From contig CAXXHB010000003.1 of NCBI GenBank assembly GCA_963664815.2, forward strand, positions 3,616,001 to 3,680,000: 64,000 nt of DNA, read 5' to 3'. The translations under genes were made by a program, and so were the position numbers. Under the pieces are notes generated by a model. The model had not been told where the DNA came from and did no database searches. It saw only the letters and a list, made by a program, of their open reading frames with translations. This stretch comes from Spirochaetota bacterium. Lineage in GTDB: Bacteria; Spirochaetota; UBA4802; UBA5550. Numbering within the stretch: the first letter of the stretch is position 1; each line of letters starts with the position of its first letter. Positions 31,227-40,129 of the stretch are shown in pieces.

Positions 31227-31255
31227 AAATATATTAATCCCCGGAATAAAAAAGT

Positions 31256-32518
31256 TTACTTAGCGGCCTGGACTACGCTCTTTTCACCTGTATAATAATC
31301 TGTATATTTATCATCCTTGTCAGGCAGAACCTTATCTATAACTGCACTCCCGCTTTTCTTCCCAAGTATCTCCGGTGAATATTTTATTTCAAGGGGATTG
31401 ATATTCACAGGTATGAGAGTATATGATTCAACACCAGCCCCGCTGAGTGATACCCGCACAAGCATGCTGGTCCTGTGGGCCGCCGAATGCCTCCCTGCAA
31501 AAACAAAATCCCCGAGGCTGTAGAAGATAATTCCGTTCCTGTATCTCTCCACAGGCCCGAGTCCATGCGATTGAGTCCCGAGAATACATGAAACTCCTGC
31601 ATCTATAAGTTTATGCCCAAGTTCCACCTGCTCCCTTTCCGGAGGATTTACAGGATAATCATATCCGACCTCCTGCCCCCAGTGAATACTTACGACAACG
31701 GCGTCAACACTTTCTCTGACCTTCTTTACCGCAGAGCAGAGAAGCTCATCCGATCCCCCTGCTGCACCGGCCCTGCCGGGTCCTGCCCAGACACTTTTAG
31801 GAACGACATTATCGAAGGCGAAAACAGCAACCCGTGTTCCCCTGTGCCAGACATAAACAGGTTTCAAAGCTTCTTCAATATCCCGACCGATTCCCACCGG
31901 AGCAACTCTGATTTTCTCAAGACGCTTTGATGTATCAAACATACCCTCCTCACCTGCATCTTTGATATGATTATTGGCAAGAGATGCAACATCAAAACCG
32001 GCATATTTCAATATATCCTCACTACCACCAGGTGAACTGAAATAGAAAACTTCATCTTTATCGTTAAACGATTTAAGGTTATAATTGGTAATAGGCGCTT
32101 CAAGATTACAGAAACCTATACCCCTGATCTCTTTCGACACCTTTGAAAAAGGATAGGCCATTGCCTCCTTCCGTCCATACTTTTTTATTCTGTAATCGAG
32201 AATCTCTTTCATCGTTGCAAAATTTAAGGCGACATCTCCTACCGCAGTAATTACAGCCGGTTCTTTTTCAGGCCATATTTTTTTAATCGCCTTGCTGTCT
32301 TCATACCCATAATCAATTGTATTTCCTGAATTCTCCGTTACAGGTTCATCACCTTTTATTATATCACCTATATCATGCCTGACCATCTTCGGAGCACATG
32401 CAAGTATCACCATTAATGCGAAAAGAAACAAAGGTTTCCTGTTTGTTTTTATTCTGTTCATTATGCTCATCCCGGTTATCTTCATTATCTTTATTATCTT
32501 TATTGACATAAATGACAT
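31256..32518 (-). CDS. CapA/PGA_cap family metallophosphatase-fold lipoprotein (start probably near 32461)
   Basis: VGDV, NLEAP, LANNHIKD, SIHWGQE, YSLGDFVF; lipobox ILAC. Confidence 0.88.
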   Translation of the reverse strand: MSFMSIKIIKIMKITGMSIMNRIKTNRKPLFLFALMVILACAPKMVRHDIGDIIKGDEPVTENSGNTIDYGYEDSKAIKKIWPEKEPAVITAVGDVALNFATMKEILDYRIKKYGRKEAMAYPFSKVSKEIRGIGFCNLEAPITNYNLKSFNDKDEVFYFSSPGGSEDILKYAGFDVASLANNHIKDAGEEGMFDTSKRLEKIRVAPVGIGRDIEEALKPVYVWHRGTRVAVFAFDNVVPKSVWAGPGRAGAAGGSDELLCSAVKKVRESVDAVVVSIHWGQEVGYDYPVNPPEREQVELGHKLIDAGVSCILGTQSHGLGPVERYRNGIIFYSLGDFVFAGRHSAAHRTSMLVRVSLSGAGVESYTLIPVNINPLEIKYSPEILGKKSGSAVIDKVLPDKDDKYTDYYTGEKSVVQAAK

Positions 32519-32872
32519 AAATACTTTTCTCAGTTCTGTAAATATATAAATTACTGCAAGAACTTTTATTCAGACACGACCACATAAAATCAAGAACAAT
32601 TCACACTTCCTTTATCTATGATTTAATAAAACCTCCGGAACATTTCTTTTTTTTTAACTCAGTACTTAAAATATATTATATTATCATCAGAGTGACTATA
32701 CATATCAGGTGTATTTCAGTCTTTCCCGGTCAGTTCTATTCAGTTATATTCAGCGGATTATAGACAATGCCGGCAGAAAAATATTCCTGATATCATTGGT
32801 TATTTATTAAATGCAACTGGTCCGGATAACAGCGAATATATAACCGGCAGAATTACAGGAATATTAAGCAAG

Positions 32873-34411
32873 GTGAAAAACATGAAATGTATCAGAATAA
32901 TTATAATCGCGTTACTCTTATTCTGCACTGTTAATCCCGCCTTTACGGCAACCGCAGTTGAATTGATGAACGAAGGGAAAATGCTGCTTTACAAAGGTGA
33001 TATCCGTCAGGGAATAAAAATTCTTGAAGAAGCCAACCGTATGGATAATAAAAATCTTTTTATTAAACTGATGCTTGCCAAAGGCTACAGCTGGAATAAT
33101 GAGTGGGATAAAGCGAAATCCGTATATGGAGAAGTGGTAAGTTCATCCTCTACAGATGACCAGATTTACTGGGATGCAAAATTCGGAATTGCGCAGATAA
33201 CATCCTGGGAAAAGAGATACAGTGAAGCGATAAATCTGTACAGAGAGATTCTCACATCAGATAAAAATATCTCAAAAGATTTGAGACTTGATATAAGCCT
33301 GGCTATCGGCGACATATATTCATGGGAGATGAAATATGATGCGGCTATTGAGCAATTTAATAATCTTCTCTCTGAAAATCCGGGTAATCTTCTTATACTT
33401 AACCGCCTGGCCAAAATTTATCTCTGGAAGGGAGAATACGAAAAATCCCGTGAATATACAAATAAGGTATTATCAATAAATAAAACAGACTCCGAATCAG
33501 CCGAAAGAATCAGGGTACTTGACCAGATTCAGACATTCACTGCAACCATCGGTTATGACTACACATGGTATGATTCCAAAAACAATAACGGCGACAATGT
33601 CCGGGTGCATAAATCGCTGCTTGGTTTTGAATGGCAATATTCAGTCCCGTTAAAAGTTTTTTCATATGTAACAGAAGCTACACAGAACTCCATTGAAAGC
33701 GCTGACACAGAAAAATCCGAATTCCGATGTCAACATCAGGGCAGGGGGAAGCTACAGAATAAATACACTTACATATATTTCCGCTGCAGCTGACTATGCT
33801 TCCAAAGCGACTATTTTCCCGGATCCTCTGCGTGGAATTCCGATGTCAACATCAGGGCAGGGGGAAGCTACAGAATAAATACACTTACATATATTTCCGC
33901 TGCAGCTGACTATGCTTCCAAAGCGACTATTTTCCCGGACTTCAGTTCGGAAATATCCATAAGCAGAAAACTGACCCAGAACATAGACATTGAAGGGCTT
34001 TATAAATATACTTATGACAAACTTGACAGCATCCAGACTGTAGATAAAAAACAATACCACCTTATATCCCCCGGCATAATCTTCTATTACAATCCGGAGA
34101 TTTATAACAGGATTCAGTTCTATGTTGAATCCGATACAAAGGATCTCTTTTACTCGGTGCTGATGCAGCAGTACCTCTCCATAAATCCGGAGAATATTGT
34201 ACAATTTTACATGTTTCTAAGCCAGGGGAGAACCTATCTCACTTTTTCAGATACAACTGTTCTGCAGAAGACAACAACCTACAGCGCTACTCTGATTTAT
34301 ACACATTTTTTCAACTCGTCCTGGGGAATCGAATTTGCGACAGGGCTGACGACCAGTGTTAACAGTTATTCCTGTTATCACGGGGGGATAAACATAATTT
34401 ATAAATGGTAA
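32873..34411 (+). pseudogene. TPR + YaiO-like outer-membrane beta-barrel export protein, interrupted by a duplicated segment
   Basis: Signal peptide and TPRs with recurring LAxxYSW/LW. The barrel-like part (33794-34411, ending IIYKW) is in the same frame as the 5' ORF, separated by one TGA (33791-33793) inside a 102-bp insert. Confidence 0.8.
33719..33939 (+). repeat. 105-bp identical direct repeat with 11-bp spacer
   Basis: GAATTCCGATGTCAAC...TTTTCCCGGA at 33719-33823 and 33835-33939, spacer TCCTCTGCGTG. Confidence 0.95.
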
Positions 34412-34468
34412 CTTTAATTTTTTATCTGATGAAGATTTCACTTTGCAGAATCACAGAGAGGGTATCAA

Positions 34469-35767
34469 TTGGCTGAAAAAAACGGGAATATTGTAAGAAT
34501 ACTGAACGATCTGTTAAGACACTATTACTTATTATTTCCAGCCGAAGAAGTTCTGGAAGTATTCAGAGACAGCGGGATAATGCTGAACAGAGAAACAGGT
34601 TTTATAAAAGAATACAAACCCGATATTCCGGATTTATTTAATTATTTTTTTGAAAAAATATTTTCTGTGAAAGGATTCAGCTGGATTGCGCTGGTGGATA
34701 ACGATTTACGTAAAATAACCACTGAACACAATATCAGATATCCCGATTTATATAATTCTTCGATATACAAACTTCAGCAGAAATGCGGCAGACTTGAAAA
34801 TGAAAAAAACTCACTGCTTGACTATTTACGCAAAATGGAGACAGATTATAAAAACAGATCATTCAAAGATCCTCTCGGGCAGGTTTATAAAGAGGACATG
34901 TTTATAGAAAACCTTTCAACAGACATCTCTGCCTTCAGGGAACTGGGGATAGAGTTCGGTTTTTTCATACTTGAAATAGATAACCTGAATTCACTTAATA
35001 TAAAATACGGGCGCGAGACAGGGGATGAACTTCTGGCCAATGCGGCATATCTGTTAAAGAATTTTAAAAAAACCAGTAAAAACTACGCACATCATCTCAT
35101 ATTCAGAATGAACGGACCGCGTTTTACCTATTACTGCACCGACATAACCAGGGAGGAGATTATAGCCATTGCCGAAGATGTACGCACCGGATTCAGGGAA
35201 TCAAAGTTTTTTATAACAAATATAACAGTATCAATAGGTATTGCACACTCCAGCGAGTTTTCAGATTTTGAAAATGATCCGGCTGATCTGTCAGTAAATA
35301 TAATAGAAGTTGCCAACAGCCGGTTAAGGCTGGCGAAACACAGAGGTACTGATTCAGTCTGCAGCGAATCGGAAACTGCAGCATGCTTTGACCGGGAAAA
35401 ATATATTATGGTTATAGATCCTGACATCGGGACAAGATATATACTGGAAACACATCTTAAAGGATCCGGTTTCAATACCGCAAGCTGTGCAATGGGGGAT
35501 GAGGCGCTGGAGAAAATAGACATAAACAAACCATCAGCTATTATCAGCGCTCTTAAGCTTCCGAAAATGGATGGTTTTTCCTTAAGAAAAAAAATGCTGG
35601 AGGATTCAGCTCTTAAGAGTATTCCGTTCATCCTGACATCAGCGGTTAAAGATGAAAAATCTGTAATCCGTGCACAATCTCTCGGAATTTATCACTACCT
35701 GAAGAAGCCATACTCAATTGTTGAACTGATCGGCATCGTAAAAAAACTTTCAGAAGATGAAGTATAG
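34469..35767 (+). CDS. Degenerate GGDEF domain + atypical receiver domain protein
   Basis: EIDNL..LNIKYG.ETGDELL, GGDEF position reads NGPRF, VSIG. Receiver has LPKMDG and KKP, but Ala at the phospho-acceptor position (IISALKLP). Confidence 0.85.
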   Translation: MAEKNGNIVRILNDLLRHYYLLFPAEEVLEVFRDSGIMLNRETGFIKEYKPDIPDLFNYFFEKIFSVKGFSWIALVDNDLRKITTEHNIRYPDLYNSSIYKLQQKCGRLENEKNSLLDYLRKMETDYKNRSFKDPLGQVYKEDMFIENLSTDISAFRELGIEFGFFILEIDNLNSLNIKYGRETGDELLANAAYLLKNFKKTSKNYAHHLIFRMNGPRFTYYCTDITREEIIAIAEDVRTGFRESKFFITNITVSIGIAHSSEFSDFENDPADLSVNIIEVANSRLRLAKHRGTDSVCSESETAACFDREKYIMVIDPDIGTRYILETHLKGSGFNTASCAMGDEALEKIDINKPSAIISALKLPKMDGFSLRKKMLEDSALKSIPFILTSAVKDEKSVIRAQSLGIYHYLKKPYSIVELIGIVKKLSEDEV

Positions 35768-35770
35768 CAT

Positions 35771-38611
35771 ATGGGCAACAATACAATACTATTTTTAATT
35801 ATCGGATTACTGACTGCTGCAGATATTGTATTTATAATTATACTGTTTTACTCAAAAACTCTTCATCAAAGAAAAAATAACATATACCTTAAAAATAAAA
35901 AACTGATAATTGATCTGATATCTTCACCGGAAAGTATTGCTGATCTTTCAGCAATGAAAATCAACCCCATGGATATCTTCCGTATCTACAGGGACATATC
36001 TGTTTCTGTTTCACTCCCGGACAGAGTATCAGCTGTATTTATTGATTATTTTGTCAATACAGGAGTTCTGAAGCATTTCTGTAAAAGGATTAAATCAGCA
36101 AGAAAAATCAGACGTTCAGAAGCAGCCCTTAACCTTGCGTTTTTGCCCTGCAAAAAAACTCACAGGGCCCTGGAAGAAGCTCTTGTTAATGAAAAATACT
36201 ATCACATAAAAGTTTATATTGTCAATTCACTTATAGAAACAGAAGATGTATTATCAATTCCCTACATTCTGCAATCGATGATCGGATCACCCCGGTCATA
36301 TAATGAAAAAATATACAGCATACTTGGTGAATTCGGAGAGAAGCTCCATAACTACCTGATTAATTTAAACCCGATCAACTCCCGTGAGCTGAAGATGGTT
36401 ATTGTAACTTTTGCAAAACACTATTTCTCTCCCGTCCTGAAAAATCTTCTCCTCGAATTCCTGACATCCCACGATCAGGAAATAGCCGGTCTGGCAGCAG
36501 ACGCCTGCCTTAAATTCTATCCCGAACTCATGTGTGAAGAATCGTTTTTAAAATCCGCGCAGCTATATATAAAAAAAACAGCAGCAGCGGCAGCCGGTTC
36601 TTTCCCATCTGTCAAAACAGTGAAAACTCTTATCGAAGCCATGCATGACAGCGAAATATACAATGAATGTGTTTCAGCTATATCCGGAATAATAACACAG
36701 AACAATGACCTGTTTAAATATACCATAACGCGCTTCATCGATGAAAAAAATCCGGCAGTAAAAACCGGGCTCGCTGAGATAATATCAATGCGTATAGAAT
36801 ATCTCCTAACTAAACTCAGGTATGACAATTCAGACAAGATGAAAAATCTGATTATCGATATATTTTCAAGCGGCAATATAACCAATACGATAGCTTTTTT
36901 GAATGAGAATAGTGATCAGAAGCTCGAAGAGAGAGTATGCGGTATACTTGAAGATCTTCTGAAACAAAGGAGTGATCTGGCACATGAATTCAGATTATAC
37001 ATGAAAGAAAGTATTTTAGCAAAACTCGGTCTTACCAGACTTGATCCGGCAAAAGGGGAACCACGCCGGGAGGTTGTACGGATCGGGCTGCTGAGAATAT
37101 TTCTGGCAGCTGCACTTCTCTTTTTCCCGGCAGTATACGTTATTAACTATTACGGGACATTCAGCCGGACTGGTTTTAATGAATCAGTCAGAAGTTTTTT
37201 TTATCTGTTCAATTACATGTTTGCCTATTACGGGATCTCCCTGAATTCAATCTACCTGCTGCTTCTTGTCTTTTCCTTTACAGGTTCCAGGTCTCAGATG
37301 CAATACTGGAGTATGAAAAATGAAAAATTTCTGTTCAAACAGGGGGTACTTCCATCAATATCAATTATAGCACCGGCTTACAGGGAGGAGGCGACTATTA
37401 TACAAAGTGTAAACTCACTCCTCAACCTTAATTATCCGGATTACGAGGTAATTGTAGTTAATGACGGATCGACTGACAATACGCTCCAGACACTCATAGA
37501 TTACTTCGCCCTTGAGAGAATCAATAAACATATAGCCGAAAAACTGAAAACAGGCACCGTCCGCGGCCTGTACATGAATAAATACATCCCCGGCCTCCTT
37601 GTAGTAGATAAAGTTAACGGAGGAAAAGCTGATTCTCTCAACGCGGGAATTAACATGTCAACTAAAGATTATTTCTGCGGAATTGATGCAGATTCCCTGC
37701 TTGAAAGAGACTCACTTCTTAAAATGACTTCCCCTTTTCTTGATACAGATAAAAATATTATAGCCACAGGCGGTAATATCGTGCCGGTTAACGGTTGTAC
37801 TGTTGATAAGGGGCACCTCTCACTGATAAAAATACCGGAAAATTTTCTTCCCAGACTCCAGACAATGGAATACATCCGATCTTTTATATCGGGTAGAGTT
37901 GGATGGGCCACTATCCGCTCCCTTCTGATAATTTCCGGGGCTTTCGGGCTGTTCCGCAAATCATCAGTTATAGCCAGCGGAGGATACCTTACAGGGAAAG
38001 AGAAATTCCGCAAGGACACAGTCGGTGAAGATATGGAGCTGGTTGTAAGGCTGATACGCCACTCAAAAAACCGGGGAGAGCAAGGTGTTGTTAATTATAT
38101 CTTTAACGCCAACTGCTGGACTGAGGTTCCTGAGGAATACAGCATTCTGCACAAACAGCGTGACAGGTGGCAGAGGGGGCTGCTTGATATCATGACATTT
38201 CATATCAGAATGTTTTTAAATCCCAGATATGGGGAAGTTGGACTTATTGCTTTTCCCTATTTTATCATTTATGAAGTCATAGGCCCGTGGATTGAAGCAC
38301 AGGGGCTTCTGATGTTTATCATAGCACTTGGACTTGGATTACTCAACTTACATGTAATTCTTATGCTTTTTATCGGAACCATCTTTATGGGTCTTGCAGT
38401 TTCAATTATCTCTTTTTATATTATGGAGAGGGGTAATCAGTATTTTTCCAATAAAGATATAGCAATTTTAATTCTTTACGCTTTCTGTGAAAATTTCGGA
38501 ATCAGGCAGTTTTTCAGTCTGTTAAGGCTTGGAGGCTATATAAACGCACTAAGGAATAAACAGGGATGGGGTAAGATGGTACATAAAGGTTTTCAAAGAG
38601 AGACAGCTTAG
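35771..38611 (+). CDS. HEAT-repeat + processive GT2 glycosyltransferase fusion (polysaccharide synthase)
   Basis: N-terminal TM and helical repeats, PAYREE, VNDGSTD, GGKADSLNAG, DADS, SGAFGLFR, GEDMEL, QRDRW, C-terminal TMs. Confidence 0.92.
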   Translation: MGNNTILFLIIGLLTAADIVFIIILFYSKTLHQRKNNIYLKNKKLIIDLISSPESIADLSAMKINPMDIFRIYRDISVSVSLPDRVSAVFIDYFVNTGVLKHFCKRIKSARKIRRSEAALNLAFLPCKKTHRALEEALVNEKYYHIKVYIVNSLIETEDVLSIPYILQSMIGSPRSYNEKIYSILGEFGEKLHNYLINLNPINSRELKMVIVTFAKHYFSPVLKNLLLEFLTSHDQEIAGLAADACLKFYPELMCEESFLKSAQLYIKKTAAAAAGSFPSVKTVKTLIEAMHDSEIYNECVSAISGIITQNNDLFKYTITRFIDEKNPAVKTGLAEIISMRIEYLLTKLRYDNSDKMKNLIIDIFSSGNITNTIAFLNENSDQKLEERVCGILEDLLKQRSDLAHEFRLYMKESILAKLGLTRLDPAKGEPRREVVRIGLLRIFLAAALLFFPAVYVINYYGTFSRTGFNESVRSFFYLFNYMFAYYGISLNSIYLLLLVFSFTGSRSQMQYWSMKNEKFLFKQGVLPSISIIAPAYREEATIIQSVNSLLNLNYPDYEVIVVNDGSTDNTLQTLIDYFALERINKHIAEKLKTGTVRGLYMNKYIPGLLVVDKVNGGKADSLNAGINMSTKDYFCGIDADSLLERDSLLKMTSPFLDTDKNIIATGGNIVPVNGCTVDKGHLSLIKIPENFLPRLQTMEYIRSFISGRVGWATIRSLLIISGAFGLFRKSSVIASGGYLTGKEKFRKDTVGEDMELVVRLIRHSKNRGEQGVVNYIFNANCWTEVPEEYSILHKQRDRWQRGLLDIMTFHIRMFLNPRYGEVGLIAFPYFIIYEVIGPWIEAQGLLMFIIALGLGLLNLHVILMLFIGTIFMGLAVSIISFYIMERGNQYFSNKDIAILILYAFCENFGIRQFFSLLRLGGYINALRNKQGWGKMVHKGFQRETA

Positions 38612-38756
38612 CCTGGATTATTATATGAGTAATACCATCCAGACTTTTATCAGGCTTCAGGCGGATGACTTATTATTGTCAGATTGCATTGCAGCAGGTT
38701 ACTTTTATTAAAAATTTTTTTACGTACTAACTATTAAATATTTACAGGGGTTAACT

Positions 38757-40124
38757 ATGCATATCAGACAAGTGATTTTCGTGCTGATAATTATTATACT
38801 GCCGGTTTTACACATAAGCAGAGCATCAGGAGAGATAATGGATGCATCAATACACGAGGCCAGAGAAAAAGCTCTCATCTGGCTTAAAAACCAGAAAGTA
38901 CCGAATTCAGTTATTCCTGACCCGCAGCCGGAAAGAAGAAACCTTGTAGCAAGCTACGAAATCAATCCCGATGCCCCGGCATATAAATATATATCCGGCC
39001 GTTCGATAATATATGACGATGCACTGGCCGTTATAGCCTTCACAATGAACAAGGATTTTAAAAGCGCATCCCGGATACTTCTTGCACTTAAACGCCTTCA
39101 GCGCAGGGATGGAGGGCTGTGGTTCGGTTACAACCTCAATAACGACTGGCCTTCCGAGAAAGATTACGAAGGTTCAACAGACCGCACCGGAGCAACCGCA
39201 TGGGTCGGGTATTCCGCTGTATATTATCTGCAAACCCGCCTTGCCGGAGACCCCTCACTGCTTAAATCGGACCGTGAAGCTAAAACTATTCTCGAACTCG
39301 CGCAGTCACTCGGGGATTACATTCTTAAAATGCAGGTTCATAAAAGCTCCGACCTGCGTTATGGACTGGTCACAGGGGGGAAAAACTCGTATTCTCTCAA
39401 ATTTGACAAAAACAATGTTACAGAAGTATTTAAGGAAACAGACATCGACTGGATTAGTTCCGAACATAACATCGACGCGTATTTCTTCCTGCGCGATCTT
39501 GGCAACATAACATCCGATGAAAAATATAAAAAATCTGCTTCTCTTATAAAAAAATCGATGTTACACGTCTGGAGCGAAAAGTACAGTCAATACTTCCGCG
39601 GAGTAAAGCCGGAGTTTATTGATGAAGTACTCGCACTTGACTGCGCCAGCTGGGGATCTGTGTTTTCTCTCAGCGCCGGAAAACCTGAGTATGCAGCCCG
39701 GTCACTTGAAACTATAGAAAAATTATATGCAGGCACATCATCACCACTCCAGGGAAAGGGAACTGTTTACGGTTATAAACCTTATACAAACAAGGAAATT
39801 TATGAAGACACCGGAAACGATATTACTAAATTCTATTTTCCTGACTTGAAGGGAAATACATGGGAGGCTATAAACGGGGTATGGGTGGAAGGTTCCATCG
39901 GTGTTGCATTTGCCTGTCTGAAGGCAGGCAACAGGTTAAAAGCGGCTGAAATACTCAAAAACATGCTCCCTCTTCAGGGTAAAAGCGGCGGGTTCATATA
40001 TTTCACACGGGAAATACCCCATGAGTTTTCAACAGATATCAGCGTTGCAAGCACAGCATGGTTTATATTGACAGCATCAGCTCTTGAAGATCCGGCAATT
40101 GCGGACAGTTTCTGGAAGCTGTAA
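38757..40124 (+). CDS. Exported protein, probable (alpha/alpha)6-barrel glycosidase of unassigned family
   Basis: Signal peptide, acidic/aromatic motifs YDDALA, TGATAW, SSEHNIDAY, ALDCASW, VWVEGS, VASTAWF; operon context. Confidence 0.55.
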   Translation: MHIRQVIFVLIIIILPVLHISRASGEIMDASIHEAREKALIWLKNQKVPNSVIPDPQPERRNLVASYEINPDAPAYKYISGRSIIYDDALAVIAFTMNKDFKSASRILLALKRLQRRDGGLWFGYNLNNDWPSEKDYEGSTDRTGATAWVGYSAVYYLQTRLAGDPSLLKSDREAKTILELAQSLGDYILKMQVHKSSDLRYGLVTGGKNSYSLKFDKNNVTEVFKETDIDWISSEHNIDAYFFLRDLGNITSDEKYKKSASLIKKSMLHVWSEKYSQYFRGVKPEFIDEVLALDCASWGSVFSLSAGKPEYAARSLETIEKLYAGTSSPLQGKGTVYGYKPYTNKEIYEDTGNDITKFYFPDLKGNTWEAINGVWVEGSIGVAFACLKAGNRLKAAEILKNMLPLQGKSGGFIYFTREIPHEFSTDISVASTAWFILTASALEDPAIADSFWKL

Positions 40125-40129
40125 AATCA

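Noticed and set aside
33791-33793. Selenocysteine or programmed readthrough of the single in-frame TGA
   Set aside because: The TGA lies in an out-of-phase duplicate of downstream sequence, so it is a by-product of the insertion. Other genes here use TGA as a normal stop.
33821-33840. GGATCC...GAATTC (BamHI/EcoRI) as a cloning scar
   Set aside because: The segment reads in frame as GSSAWNS and joins the upstream EKS naturally, so it is probably native. Read data would be needed to fully exclude an artefact.
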